Source: Enoplolaimus lenunculus | Taxonomy: Eukaryota | DNA length: 64,000 nucleotides | Assembly: GCA_030248215.1 (NCBI GenBank) | Contig: JASANG010001329.1 | Location: 62,001 to 126,000 of the forward strand | Reading direction: 5' to 3' | Shown: positions 13,591 to 27,921 of the stretch, piece by piece | How the letters are laid out: each line of letters opens with the position of its first letter | Position numbering within the stretch: position 1 is the first letter of the stretch | Notes under the pieces: model-generated | The model's database searches: none | Seen by the model: the letters and a program-made list of their open reading frames with translations, nothing else | Told to the model about the DNA's origin: nothing | Position numbers and translations under genes: made by a program

Positions 13591-13908
13591 AATGGTCATC
13601 AAACACAACACTTTTAAGCGTTCATGTTCACTGGCGGATCCAACAAGGATCACACAGGCCTGCGCTCACCCAACATGGACAAAAACCAAAATTTTGTATT
13701 AAGATTTAATACTAAAATTGCGTTTGGCTTCTCGCTGGTTAGTACGTTTTAGATGGTAATCTCACGTCAAACTGTCCAAATGGTCATCGAAAACAACAGT
13801 TTTAAGTGTTCGCCCTCACTGGCCGATCGCAGGGGAGTCAACCAGGCTTAGGCTAAAATTTTTGTATTAAGATTTAGTACTAAAATTGTGTTCCGGTTTG
13901 CACGCTGG
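13591..13908. repeat. Diverged tandem duplication (~188-bp offset)
   Basis: AATGGTCATC…TTTAAG…CACTGGC…TTTGTATTAAGATTTA(A/G)TACTAAAATTG occurs twice. Confidence 0.7.
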
Positions 13909-13950
13909 CTCCGCCACTGTTCACCTTGCTCAACCCGCCTGCAACGCATT

Positions 13951-14213
13951 ATGTCAATCCCACGTTATCGCTGGTTCGGCTTGCACATAAATGTCCGCAC
14001 CGTTTCTGTTTTCTGCGGACACTTGACCAAGCATATACGTTTTTCGTTTGTGGACATAGTTTTCGTGAAACTATACACCGTCCGATATTAGCTAAAGTTA
14101 TCTCAGCGGACGTTGCAGCATATTTTGATATCACTTGAAGGACACATTGGAGTATCTAAAACTCGTTCGGACACTATGCGCAGGACGAACCAAGCGTAAC
14201 ATGGGACTGACAT
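13951..14213. mobile_element. MITE with ~55-bp imperfect TIRs
   Basis: ATGTCAATCCCACGTTATCGCTGGTTCG…TGTCCG versus CGGACAC…CGAACCAAGCGTAACATGGGACTGACAT. Confidence 0.65.
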
Positions 14214-15594
14214 TATGTCTATATATTTTCGTCCAGTAGAGAGCATCTTTTGTGTTTTAAAATGCAATCACAATTTTAAACGTAATATACTACTTTCTCA
14301 CGATCAAAACTGCAATTTGACCTGAATGCAAAAAATTTTTGAATGCGTGATGCATCTACTATTGCATGCAATTAGTTAAGAATATATTTTGCTCGCAACT
14401 GGTGCAGAAATTGTATTCCATACATTTTGAACTGGATTCGCTCCTGCTTAGGGACGTGTATGTTTTTTAAGTTTAAAGTACAATCAGTAACATGCGCCAG
14501 TCAGTTGCTTAAATATTGCGGTCTGAATTTGAATGTGTCGCAGCTAGCACTAATGTGCCCATTTTGGACTTATCACGCTTCGAACTTAACAATCCCATTC
14601 GGGGCTTAACACGCTTCGACCTTAACAATCGGTTCACACAAACGTCATGGATGTTTATAATATTTCATCGCAGGTCTAGTTTCAAGCTAAGATTTGAATC
14701 CCCGGAAATTCCGATGGGTGCTGGTTACCATCAACGCTCAACCACAACAGCTTCACTCTCGAGCATCAGGAAGTATTACACTACAAGTATTGCAATGATT
14801 TTGTATTATACACTGCGCATTGTGTATGATTTCGAATTTATACGTGAAAACGGATAAAAAATTTGACTATCTTAGCGCTGCAATCAAGAAAAAAAACCGA
14901 AACTATGTTACCGGCTGTTTGTATAATATGAACGTTGGTTACCATGACTTCGGTAAAATAAAACTTAACGCGGTTGTACTTTGATGTATACTGCGCAGAA
15001 GTACAGACTTCCGTTGCCTTAAAGAAATAACGTTGTCACATCATAGTTGAGATTTGATAAAGTATAACAGCTACATTTACGATAAAGTTCGCTGAACCGA
15101 AATATTAAGCCTATCAACCCAACGATACGTATTCGACTATATTATTACTATGGAAACAATGGCAAAAGTTGTCTTTCAGAACAATATTATCATAGTGTAA
15201 CAAACCGAATTATGACATGGTTTGCATAAAGTTACAAAGCATATATATAATATTTTGTTTTGTGTTCAACTTTGATGCAGTCAATACGTTTTCTGCTTTT
15301 AAATGAAATTAATTGATTTCGTCTTAAGCGGAAGTGTAAGTGTAAATCTAAAACTAAAGCCTAAGCCCTAAACGGTACATGCACACTACGCCGATTTCCA
15401 ACTTTATGCACTGAATTAACCTGATTTACTTATTTATAAAATGGTATAAATGCATTCTCAAATTGTTAGCTTAATTTTATACTCAAAGTAAAGCTTAGCG
15501 AATGGGACCACGTTACGCCGCGCTGCTGTTTGCAATTACTTCATAATCACGGTATATACGTACATGCATGGCATTGTCTGCTTTACATATATTT

Positions 15595-16040
15595 ACCCGA
15601 CCAGCGCTTTACCCGCGCTATCAAGAATTTTTTACTCGCGTATACCAGCGCAAAAAATGTTTCACCCACGACCCACCTTTTACCCGGAGCTGAAGTTGCA
15701 CACTTACACCAATTGTGTAAAGATCGCAGGTTATTTGCACATTAATGAAGTTTTGCATTATAGTTCCAATGAATTTTAAACATGAATAGTTAGAAGAAGC
15801 AATAACATTTCAAACGCAACTAAATGAAGCACAGGAAGCACCAGATCAAAAATAAAACAGACAATAGCATAGGTTTTCCAAGGTAAAACTGAAAACTATG
15901 CCGCTGCTAAAAACTGTGAATGTTTTACTCGCATGATAAAAATCATTACTGCGGGTATACCCGCGCCTGAAATTCTTTACCCGACCCGCGCTTACCAGCG
16001 GGTAAGCGCCGGTGCCCACCGGTAACCGCGGGTAAAGTCC
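15595..16040. repeat. Old dispersed element rich in TACCCG/CGGGTA motifs; inverted relative at ~21175-21870
   Basis: Clustered TTTACCCG motifs at both ends, mirrored by CGGGTAAAA clusters at 21190-21260 and 21790-21850. Confidence 0.4.
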
Positions 16041-17199
16041 CAATTAAACTGATTGCGTCATTGAAATGAAATTGATTTTTCTGGATACAAATTTTTTCAG
16101 CCATGGGAGTCTAGTTTGATTTTGATTGCTGAAAGCATTGGGAGAAATTTATAATTCAGAGACGAGTATTTGACTTCAACAAGGTCAGTAAACTCGTCGT
16201 CGTTGTTTTCAATTCAATTCCCGTGGCAGTGTCAAAGAAGCCTATTATTAATAATACCAAGAGTGGATGATCACATTCTGATAAAACTATGCCAGAGGGC
16301 ACATTCCGCTAAGAAAAAAGTGTAACGCAGCGCACGCTGCAGTTTAGGTTTACCTTACTCCATTCATGGTGGTACAATTCTTGCCTAAATGGAGTAATTT
16401 AAACCGTTACAATCTACAGGCACCAAACGTGTTATCTATATTTTCCGCTAACGGTTAGTATTTTTAAATGTCTTACCGACCCCAACATCAAAAGTGGGGA
16501 TGTGTTGTCAAAACGCAACGCGCGCTAGTACATCTTTTGGTACCACGCAAAGTACGACGAATTCCATCCACTTGGCTAAAGAGTGTCATCAACTCTTGAT
16601 TGTATTGATTTAAAACTGTACAGAGGACGTTGTATTTGGCAAAAAATACTAATATACACATGAATACATTGTCGATTTTATTTTCAATTTATTACAGGTC
16701 GCAGCAAGTATACTCAGATGTGCCGTCAGAAATGCGTATACTTAAATCAATTATAAGTTACATTTTCAAAAATAAGATGAAGGAAGGTGGTTAAATTTTA
16801 AACTAACACACTTTATTTAAACGAGAATGCCAAACCTATTTTTAATTGAACTAAAGAGCCAAACATTGCCAGATCGAACAAATGCGTCTATGAGCTGAAT
16901 TACCCAATAAAATTGTTCAAAATTCTAATAAACAAAGCATGTCTGCCTATCCCAACTTTGAACGAACAATGTGATATGGGGGAAGTGACGGACCCAGGAT
17001 TAAGTTGCGGTGGTTTTGTTGAGTTTTCATATATTTTGCTTTAAAACACATTCTACGCTTCAGCTGAACAATTCGCATCAAAAAATTAGTTTAGCAGATG
17101 ACGACTAGTAAAAAATGATGCATTCATCAATCGTTCCGTCGGATCCGCATCTGCGTTGGTGTGCGTAAATCTGAACGAAACAAACACAGATTAGTCTCA

Positions 17200-17823
17200 T
17201 CATGCAGGCCTGCCTCGATGAAAGCTTCCAAAAATTAAATTTCTTTTTTCAGAGTTAGTCTGTGGCGCTGGCTGATTTTGAACGTCAAGTCCAAGCAGTG
17301 TAGAAACGGTACCGCAGCAGTAGAGATCCATGTGCGCGATTTCTCTGTGGTTCGGGTAGTTGGTAAACATTAATAAATTTTTAGTAAGTTTTTTAATTAA
17401 TAATATTTTTCGTATAATTTGAAACTTGTTCAGTGAATTTTTTACATTATTTTGCTTGATGTCTGCGTTGTTCGAGGTATGTTGCGGGAACTGAGGCTGC
17501 GAAATTTGTTGTTGATCACTTGTTGCTGGGATTTGGTTAAACTTTGTCGTATTTTGACCGAGAATTGAAGCATTGCTCTTGTAGAGTCGGCGAAGAACGG
17601 GCTGGCTGTTTAGCCAGAAGGTATTCTGCTTATACTCGGCATCCTTTGAATTAAATATGTCGAACGGTGTGGTATGGTAAGAGGAATGATATGCAGCGAT
17701 GAGTTCAGCACTGTTTACGTTGGTTTTAAAAACCAAAATCAATATAAACACTAAAATTAATCGCCCGCAACTTGAATTAGGCCTTTCTGTTAATATAATA
17801 CTGCATACATTTCGGTATACCAT
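17200..17823 (-). CDS. Putative secreted peptide precursor (207 aa) with C-terminal KR|NLIFGSFHRGRPA
   Basis: A 624-nt ATG-started ORF in stop-rich DNA with a hydrophobic stretch LILVFILILVF near the N-terminus. A TTTTTCCAG acceptor lies 10 nt upstream of the ATG. The C-terminal motif is shared with the ORF at 34949-35578. Confidence 0.6.
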   Translation of the reverse strand: MVYRNVCSIILTERPNSSCGRLILVFILILVFKTNVNSAELIAAYHSSYHTTPFDIFNSKDAEYKQNTFWLNSQPVLRRLYKSNASILGQNTTKFNQIPATSDQQQISQPQFPQHTSNNADIKQNNVKNSLNKFQIIRKILLIKKLTKNLLMFTNYPNHREIAHMDLYCCGTVSTLLGLDVQNQPAPQTNSEKRNLIFGSFHRGRPA

Positions 17824-20407
17824 TTGGATATTTCTGGAAAAATCAAGTTATACACATTTTGTATTATATATTAAAAAAGAATATAATGCTAGAGTGAGTT
17901 TAAAAGGTAGCATAAACGTTCGCAATTGAGCACATCTAAAAACAGCGTTCTAAAAAGGTAAAAATTTTATTGAGAAAAGGTTTCGAATTCGATTTCTGAG
18001 ATCGAGACCTTAGAATTCAGGGCCGGCAACCCGGTATTGCGAGTTGTGGGGCAGGTAACTCTATGTAGGGTGTAAATATTTTTTATTTTTTTTCAAATAT
18101 ATTTGTATTTGATTGCGCGCAATTTGTGTCAACTATACAGATGTCACTACACTTTGCGACTTGAAATCTTAGTAGATTTAAGTTTTGGGTAGCTGGAATC
18201 ACATTTCTATGAGAATGTGTGAGCTCTCGCGCTGCACGGATATTTTGGGGGATAAGATCTGAGCAGAAAGACCCCGTACAAGCTGGTGTCGGTAGACACA
18301 GCTTTGGTTCGGAAGGATCTGACCTGGAAGAGGCAGCCCTTGACGTTTCGTGATTTAGAGAGTCGTTACGTGCGTATGTGCACAGGTTCGAAATCTGCTG
18401 TAGCTTGAAAATTTATACAGAGTTTTCAGATCAGTTGGTGTGGGCTGTGAGTGCTGTCGTCGTCCGGAGAATTAAAAAATAGTCGTAAATCGTTGGTATT
18501 GTGCTAATTTGACACTAAATAACCGTGTTTTTGAATCGAAAACTATGGTTTCGAATTATACAAATTTTGTAAAGTTTCGTTCCGATCTTAATTTGACTAA
18601 ATTCAGGTATTTACTCTGTAAAACTTTGTAAAAGGGTTTTAAATGTGCTTAATTGAATAGAACAGGTCTAAAAACTTCTAATTCTTTCCAAATTTCTGTT
18701 TTCTGCGTTTTCGAAAACGAATTGTAAATTTCTAATGCCATCGAAATTTCAGAAACCTAGCTACCGATAAAATGTATATTCATTCTGTCTTGGCGTTGTA
18801 TGCGCGAGTGGTATGTTGTGGAGGTCTTGATATAGCGGTTTTTTATACGTGTCATTATATTGTCTGCGTGTATTATAATATATTGTGCAGGAGTTTTTAA
18901 ATTTTCTAGTTTTTGAAGTAGAAGTTGCAGTTCTATGAGTGTGAGGTTAGTGTAAGAAAGTTAGCGAGATCGGTTATGCAAAACAGCTAAAAATTTCTGA
19001 ATACTATCCCCGCCGCTGTAATTTGTTGTTAGAATAGTAGCAGTTGAGTAGTTCACAGATTTAGAAGTTTCACTTGTCTAGTTTCTTTTTGGGGAAATTA
19101 TTGTTTTCGTTTTGAATTTGGGGAAGCGTTGTTTTCGAGGTGAAATGCCAAACTTTCGAGGTGAAATGCAAAACTTTCAAGGTGCAAATAAATCTCTACG
19201 GAAGCAGTTGAGTTGGTCCTGGGCAACGAGCTCGACTGGTGCGACTGCTCAGCGGCGGAGTCCCCGTTTTCCACGAGATTGTCTTGAAAAAATCAAGGTG
19301 CTTGGCCGCTGCCGCGGCCGATGCCTGAGATACCAGAGTTCCTGGTAAGCTTATTTCATGTTCAATTTTAGCTATTTCATAGCGCTGTACAAATGCATCA
19401 CGGCTCTCCAGACTGCATTGGAATTCGAAGCCGGTTTATAATTTCTCATTCAGTTTTCAGCTGTTGTCTAAAGTTTGATAAAGCGAAAAAACAGTTAGTT
19501 ATATTTGTGCAATAATATGGCCAAAAGCACACCATCGTCGCCCCTAAATCGCGAAGCCGACCAATTTCGGCCGTCAACTTCTGGCGCTCTATGGGCAGTA
19601 GCTCACCTAACGCCAGAGGTTGCGGCCGAACTAGAAGCATTGCAAGTTCAGAACGCGGAAGACCATGCTAGGGTAATTTTTTGGTTTTGTGTTGTATAGT
19701 AGTATGGTCCGGCTTCATTTTGCGTTCAGTTTTCTAACCCAGTATTGTGCGTTTTCTTATTTTAATAAATTCCCGCATGGTGGGGACTAAGCCTGGTCAG
19801 ATACATAACATTTAGTAAGCACACATGATCTTTAGCAGTTTATTTTCACTCTATCCCGAGAGTCCCGTTCCTTTTCCTCTCTTTCTACATATCACGCTTG
19901 ATCTGACCCGTATTTTTCGTGGTTTTTTCAGTACACATGCTAGTCACTTGCGAGCGCTATGCTTGGGTTGATTTGAGTTACCTGAGTTTCTGGAGCGGTT
20001 ATAAATTTAGCGTTGATTGAATTGGCGTTAGGTATAAGTTTTATCGATTCTAGCGTAAAACCATGATTAATCGTAGTATACCGCTGAATTTTATGTATGC
20101 GGTTGACATTTTCAGTGAAATTTCAGGCGCATGCTTAAAATTTGGTTAAGTGAAATAGCGTCGCTCGTAAAATTTTCGCTACTCGCGCCGCTGTATCTAA
20201 ACAGATTGTTGCTCGGCAGAGGGACAAAATATATTTTCTACTCAGATCCGTTAGGCAGATCTTACAGTGCACTCGCGTCGATATGTGCGCATTTTTTCAG
20301 CGATTTGCAGCTTAGGAAAACGGTTAAGCCTAGTGTGCTCGGCTGGATTTTCTCCCTTCAGCAGAATGCTTAGATAAAGTGAAGTTGCTGTCCTGAAATG
20401 TGGGTGC

Positions 20408-20756
20408 TAGGGTACATCCGGAGGTCTGCTTCCGGCTCCGGCTCCGGTAGAATTTTTGCCGGAGGTTCCAGCAATTTCGGTAGTAAAATTTTGCATAATT
20501 TTGCAAAATTTGTCTGTTTAGCGCGTATTGTTTTACTTTTGTCACAATTTTCAGGAAAGAATTTCAAAATTTCGCAGAAAATTAGCGTAAAACCAAACAA
20601 ATCAACAACATATTGCAGATATTGGCTAAAAATAACGAATCAACCATCATTTTTATTACCTAATTTTGCCTCACCTCCGGCTTCGGCTCCGGCTCCGTCA
20701 AGTTTCGTTAACCTCGAGCTCCGTCTCCAGCATTTTTCATCTCCGGTTGCACCCTG
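20408..20756. mobile_element. hAT-like MITE family H1, reverse orientation
   Basis: TAGGGTACATCCGGAGG … CTCCGGTTGCACCCTG with subterminal (CCGGCT)n; both flanks contain TGGGTG. Confidence 0.8.
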
Positions 20757-23093
20757 GCTGGGTGCATTTCGGCTTGGTTGTGCTGTAGTGACTGCTGTTT
20801 AAGCGGATCCTCGTGATTCCCCGTGTAGGTGACTTTTGAACGGACCTAATCCAGTCACAGATAATCCTATCGTCCTATCGGGCGCTGACCAGACAAATTT
20901 TTCTATCATAAGTCAAAAGTTGCCGAGGGTAGGCGGCGCTTTCAATTTCTACTTATATCAACTGACTAAAGACAACAATTGAAATTACATCTGTCTAGGT
21001 AAAAAATAGAATTTTCCCGCGTAAGGTGCAACGCGAGTAAAAATTATTAACCATTTACATTTCTGGGCGCCCTTGCCCCATCCCCTGCCTACGCCGTTGT
21101 ATCTAATTAAGGTACTTTTCTTCTCCCGGCATTTGCTCATATAAATTGTACACAAAGTATATACATGCAGCGTAACCCTACTGGTGCGTAAACGCGGGTT
21201 GGGAAAAAATTTTGATGCGAGTATAGCCGCGGGTAAAAAATTTCAAACTGTGGGTAAAAATTAAAGATTTGTTTACGTTTACCCACCTAAAAGTTTTATT
21301 CGAAACGGTTTATAGCAGTTCAAAGTACACAGATATAGTAGTATCCCTCACAAATAAAGCAGGTTCTAAGATTATGCTTTTGTAAAGTATAGTTTACCGA
21401 AGTTATAACCTTTGACATAGTTTCTTATTACGGCAGCCATGCCATTCACATCAATACTGTTAGGAAATATGTATACAGTGCTCTGCACTACTTCTATGCA
21501 CGCGAGGAATACTTATCACAGACATTTCAGCAGATCAGTTAATATTTTAAACGTTGAAACTACAGTTCAAAAGCTTCATTGTGTAATAATTCTGATTTCT
21601 TCATACGAACTGTGTAAAACGACCAACCTAGCTCAACAGCCTGGAAAAATTTGTCACTAGTGCATTAACTTTTTTTGGTTAATGGTTTGTTTTGAACTTA
21701 CTAAAAGGTTTTGTAACGTGAATCGTGCAACCAACATCAATGCATTCGAAAATTACACAATTGTATTGAACGCAGAAGAAAAGAATAAAGGTGGGTAAAG
21801 TTGGGTAGTGGGCGAAGTAATTTTACTTGACGGGCTTAAGCACGGGTAAAAAATAAAGTTCACGTGGTAAGTCGCAGGTCGTGTAACAAATCTTCACTCA
21901 GTTACTCCTCTGTATATATAAGGGACATTACTACACGTAATAACCTCCTAAAACATACGGTTTCGCAAAAGAAACATTTCACCAACTTTATAACAAGCCG
22001 AAAATCCTTACTTTACTCAAGGGTGGATAATCATTCTTACACAATAGTAATCAAAAAACGAAATTTGTATGCAGTGCAATACTGACATATCTAAAAAAAT
22101 TCAAAATTTGAGCAAGGTATATGCATCATCTAACTCAACTTTTTGCAACAGATTTGTTTCAACTATTGGCGTATCCGTAGCCCTAATATTAAATATGTGC
22201 TGGATGTTTGAATTATAGCGTATCTTCAATCTGTTGCTTTAGGCAACACTGACGTATCTTGCTGAATTGCAGAAACGCTGTTTTCGTGAAAATAATTCAC
22301 TGATTTGTAGTGGCGTATATCTTTCATTTTAAGGAACATTATTGCAAACCAAAAAATAAATGGTAATCCAAACACAATGAAAACAATATGAAATTTAACA
22401 GCGCGTAGATGTAGATGTGCCAGTAGTTTGGGAATATATCCAAAAAATACAATGTCTCGTCCAAAGATCTGAAACTTGTGACGGAAATCAGGCTGTTTAA
22501 AGACCCAACAGAAGAGCAAAGTATCGAATTTCACGGACAAATTCGAAAAACAATCATGCTGTAACCTTAGATTCTGTTCAGTGAGAATCAGCTAACAAAA
22601 TTGAGCTCATTCGGCTTTATTTTTGAGCGTTGTCACGGGCAAAATGAAGAAGGTTCTATACATTCTTTAATTGAGATGGCTAACAACATACTGAAACAAT
22701 CAGTGTATCAATGCAGTGCTGTTCTGCAATTATAATGAGGTGAATGTCACAAACACATATGACGTATCTTAAAGACGCGGCGACCGCTTTTATGATTCAC
22801 CAGCTAAGAGACACTATTTGTAGGTATGCCACTGGATCCGTGACTCCACTAAGTGTAAATATTTCTCAGGTAAACGCCGAAGGATGCTGAATCTCAGCGT
22901 ATGAAGTTGTACACCACCGATTTCTGGATTTTCCGAGCCTTAGCGGGGTGTTCGCCTGGGAAATCCAAGTATATGACGCCCGGGTGTAGCGCTCCGTTGG
23001 CATAAATATTGGTTGTTTCAAATTTTGGATCTAGAAGCTCGAGGGGGTAGCGCAGGCGGTTGAAAAGAATAGTAAAATTTGAATTGAGTTTAA

Positions 23094-23620
23094 TGGGTCA
23101 TCTACGTAATACTGTCTACGCTACTGTAAAGAATTGTCCGCACACCTGGTTTTAAGGGCGGGGCAAAACGACGATGTTCTTAAGCTATAAAGCCTTAACA
23201 GAAGGTGTAATTAGATAGTGGGTTTTGAAAGCAGGTCCTTCGAAGGGACTATGGACAGTGTAGGCACTGTCTGGACACTGTGTCTGACAATACGAGTTCC
23301 TTCGGACAGTCCCTGTATAATCGCTAAACAAAGTTCCTTCGGACAAACTTTGTTTTATGAAATAAGCTGAGTCCCTTCTGACACAGTCTGGACAAAACAA
23401 TTGTCAATTACATAACGTATTGACAATTTAGCATGGGTATGGACGGCAACGTGACCAAGCATAGGTCGTTTAGAGAGAGTGCGAGTTGGCAGCAGAGTCT
23501 ACATATGATATGAGTTACGTTTGGACCTGTAATTTGGAAACTATAAAACTACAGACTTAGGGGCTAATATGTGGGGACAATTTTTTACAGTAGCGTAGAC
23601 AGTATAACGCGGATGACCCA
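23094..23620. mobile_element. PIF/Harbinger-like MITE (TAA TSD)
   Basis: ~50-bp TIR TGGGTCATCTACGTAATACTGTCTACGCTACTGTAAA… / …TTTACAGTAGCGTAGACAGTATAACGCGGATGACCCA, with TAA on both sides. Confidence 0.75.
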
Positions 23621-25618
23621 TAATGTGAGCGTTGGTAGCCTAGCTAAGCTCTTGCTGGGCTTTGTCGGCTTGGATTGTGACGTTGAATTTTGGTTTGAAG
23701 CTGAAAGATGGAATATTTGGTATTAAATGTTTCAATTGGGTATGTAAGAGCTTGATATCGGTAAAGTGCATCAGATCGGGGTTTGTTACCATGTTTGGTG
23801 ACCTTGAAACAGTTATTTTTGAAGTATTTCGTCGTCTATTTGTGTTATCTAAACTGTTTAAGAGTTGTTATGAAAATATCTGAAATGTTTAGTTCAAGTT
23901 CAAGTTATGCGTTTAGATTTTTTCTGGGTGTGACAATGTTCTGAAAGATCCAGGAGGCTTTCAATAGCACCGATTCGGTCCTTTTTCTGATTAGTTTTCG
24001 AGAAATTTATGTTGTTTTCGTTTGAGTTAATTTTGAAATTTTTTGAATGGAATAATTGCGTATTGCTAAATAAAAGATTGTTAGCTAGTTGATTTTAACT
24101 TAGCTTTTTCTGAGATGGCTTGTTTAAAAATAGTGTGAGTTCATATATAAGAGTACTTTTACTTTAGTGGGCATTGGTGGCTTTGAAATTCTGTTTCGAA
24201 AATAGCTGGTTATATGGCATTACGTAGTAAATAAGCATGTTTTTAATGGTGAATTTTAAGGCTGATGTGATTATACTTTAGGCAAACCACACTTGCTACC
24301 GGATTGGCCTGTGCAAGCACCGCACTGGCTTCACGGCGTGAGTCGCGTTAGAATTTTTGACCAGTTTAAATTATATTTTCATGCAATAAAGGTTTTTCTT
24401 TAATAAATCAGAGTTGGGTAAGACTCCTGTCCAATCTAGCTCGATTCTACCGGGGTTTTAATCCAAATATTGCAATTGCAAACAAAACCAGCGCTGTTTA
24501 TAAATTCGCCATCGAATACGGAATCAAGAAAGCCGAGTCAAATCGAAATACTCAAAACACCTCCACAAGTTGAATCTGGTCCATAACGGATATAAAATTT
24601 TCGGTAGTCCTAGAAATAGATAGTGCAAGCCCCCGATTTTTCGTTTTCCTTTTTTGCACAATACTTTTTTTACCAACAAAATTTGTTTTTTCCCGCATTT
24701 TAATATTTTTCTTGGACCACCAGATGGTAACAGCAATGATCCGCCCCGGTGGTCAGTAATTTTATCCAACGGCTGGAATGTGCTAGGATATAAGTCTCCT
24801 AGCTTCGAAATTTTCTTTGACAAAAGTTGGAATGTTTGATGTGTATAAACCGCAACCGGCCTCACGACCGTCAGACAGTTTTTGCCAGGTAATCTTGTAG
24901 CGGAGTAGCATAACTAGACACTGTATCCAATCTCGATTAAACTATAAGAGATACCCACCAAGGATGGGTGGCAAGACCTAAGTTCAGCGGTATCAACCTT
25001 ATATATTGATTTATATAATATCAGCGGGTAGCTAATGAACTGAATAACCTGGCGGGTGCTGGAAATACGACAAATTGAAAACGGTACTTTGTATGTGGAA
25101 TTTAACTATGATTGTGAGTTTTTGCGTTTACCCATTCGATAACGCCGCAGCCGACAATTTCATTTGGATTACTATAATTTGACTAACGTGTACAGTTGTC
25201 CGGTGGGCACTGGCCAATTTTTAAAAATCGATTGATTGCAGAAATTATGACAAAAATGACTGCCTCGTGCATGTTGTTAAAAATTAGGTTTTCAAAATTT
25301 CAGTACAATTATCAATTTTTGTATTGTCAGCGTATATTTTGCAATTGGTTTCAAAATATGTTACTGACTTTTATCTTCACCGTTAAATGTTTGTTAGAAT
25401 TTTTTGGGTACGAGCAACATAATATACTGAAAAATCTAAAAATCTTGTGAGCGAAGAGAGCGAGACGCCAAACTTCATTTTATTGCTATATCTTAATACA
25501 AAATAAGACGTTTTGGTCTCTGTTGACAACCTAGGCTGAGGTTCGCCCACTTGGATCGGTTAGTGCTATTAACAGGTAGTGCCAATTTTACGTAAATTGC
25601 TAGCATATGTTTTCAAGT

Positions 25619-25801
25619 CAGTGGCGGATCCACAAATTTCCAGCGGAATGACTGCGATAAATACAATAACTAAAAACGCTAGCGAACGAAAACAGTGAGA
25701 ACTAAACGAAATTTTGGAACTAAAGATTTATGAAACACTGTAGAATTTTGATCGTAAAGGAAGAGAAGCTATGGCACATGTGGTCCACCAAGTCCGCCAG
25801 G
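25619..25801. mobile_element. Degenerate hAT-like MITE (CAGTGGCGGATCC … GTCCGCCAGG); similar remnant at ~16984-17152
   Basis: Imperfect short TIRs only. Confidence 0.4.
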
Positions 25802-27921
25802 GTATAAAGTTATTTTTTGTTGTACATTTATTTTTCAATAAAAATATAATTTCAAAAAGTTTGAGTATTATCGCTGACTATTATAACTGCAACAGAGCGT
25901 GTTTATGTTTCATGCACCAGTGACGTAACTGCTTAACACACCAATACACTGGTTGTACTCGTTTGCATACTCTTGTCTAAGAGTATATACTATACACGCG
26001 CGCTCTCAACACATCCCCTGAATATTTCGACTATTTAAATAACTGTGTCAGACTGGGATTCGAAGATGTTCTTTAAACAAATATCTGTTGCTATTACGTG
26101 ACTAGAAAAATCTAAAACAAGAACTCACGTTGGCAACAATTTAGTAGAATGCACAAACAGAAACATAACTCGATAAAAGAAAATAACTTCAACGACAGGT
26201 TAAATTCTGTATAGATCATCAATTACGAAGTATAGTGTACAAAGGAACTCATATACGAGGCGAGTAGCTACAGAACAATGGCTAAAATATTAAGTTCTGC
26301 GGCAAAATTGTTGGGCTTGCATAGCCAGAAGCAGTTCGTAGGGACTTAGTGCACTAGAAAAATTACGACCGCGTTAGAAAAAATGGCAAACGAGCTTGTA
26401 AGTTTAACGAAAACTTTGTGCGCACTTCCTAAAAACTTCTACCCCTCCAAGGAACAGGAACTGTCTAATGGCCTGCAAAATCACGAGGTCGCGTTAACGT
26501 TGCTTCTGTGATGTGTCGTTATCTACCAGAACTAAACAAATGGTCATGGGGTGCAAAAGATAATCAATAATTGCCATTCTACAACTATGAGAACCAGGAA
26601 TCTATCTGGACATACAGAAATTCAGATTTGCAGCTGTAAAAGATAGTTTGTGTGAATGACAGGACTTAAAGTAAAATTGTATACGGATTTAAGTGATACC
26701 CATAAACAAAAGTCGGTTTAGTTATGACGTCAATGAAAAGGTTCATATACACTGCATCAGTTTTTTGGAGAATGCGCCAGCAATAGCAGCAGTTATTGTT
26801 AGAACAATAATTGCACTGTAAAAAGTTATGCCGCGATAGCTAAAGTACTAGTTCTTCTTAATTTATAGTGTTTAATATTAAGTTCAATAGTACTTAACAT
26901 TAATATTAAGCAGAATTAGTACTTACTATTAAGTGTCTGTATGCTGAAGAAAAACCATGTAAGTGACTTTTGCTGCTTCTGAATTAATAGGCTTAGACGT
27001 ATGTAACGGTGGTAATTTTTCAGCTTATGAGCTTGAAATTTATGTCATGTTTACGTTGCTGTCTTTCATTTATGGATGCGGATCATGATAATTATGGCAA
27101 GTATGATTGACTTGCAATAAACGATATATGACGTTTTGTAACATTTGCTCTTTTGATTAAACAGCCCTTGATTGAAATCTACACTGCTGAAAAACTAATT
27201 AGCCAATGTTACTCTAAAGCAAGATTAAACATCCCTAAGCCTCATGTTGCCTTTGAGTAAATATTAGTATAAAACGTAAGCGTACATTACTGCGGTTCCA
27301 TCGAAAATGAGACGCTAGGCCCAAGGTTATAATTTCAACATTGTTTTAATGTCTAAATACACCTCACATCCAACTGTTATTGTTAACAAATGTGGCAATA
27401 GCGGCTATGCTTAGTTATTGTTATAGTAAAATGAGACCTTCCTCTTGTGCATTAAATTCAGTCAAACTGTACTAGTATCAATACTATAATGTTGCAAAAC
27501 GCCGAATGCCAGCCATTGTCATAACAAGAAAGTTATAGTTTTGCTTTATATTATGAAGGCACCGTCGTCTACAATTTCAATTAGACTTAGGTTAGTATGC
27601 CTGCATGGTAAACTTGTAATCTATCAAATTTTAGTCAGCGACTTAAGTACTTACTTAACTTAAGTACGCTTTTAAAAACGACAAAATTGTTAAGTAATTA
27701 CTTAGCACGTACTTAAGTACTAAGTCGTACTTAAGAAGTAGGGTTTCGGAAACCCAGCCATTAAGCCTCAGTTCCAGGCAGCTGGTTAAACAATAACTTT
27801 AAGTACAAAATCACTTAATATTGAACGCAATATAACTTAAAACATTAAGTACTTTATTACTTGATGTTAAGAAAATTATTTTTATTACAATTAAAGAGTA
27901 TTTTCCTTAACAAGATATTAA

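Noticed and set aside
19112..19699. Plus-strand gene fragments with donor-like GTAAGC (19345) and GTAATT (19673), and a 21-bp triple repeat
   Set aside because: I could not build a consistent spliced model or recognise a domain; possibly a decayed gene or retroelement.
20330..20802. ORFs of 71-134 aa here, and similar ORFs at 32764-33294 and 39654-39936
   Set aside because: They lie within GC-rich H1 MITE copies and frames are not conserved among copies.
23620..24290. Degraded retroelement coding sequence (strand-skewed DNA; similar at ~39850-40640)
   Set aside because: The frames I translated are interrupted by stops and show no RT, endonuclease or integrase motif.
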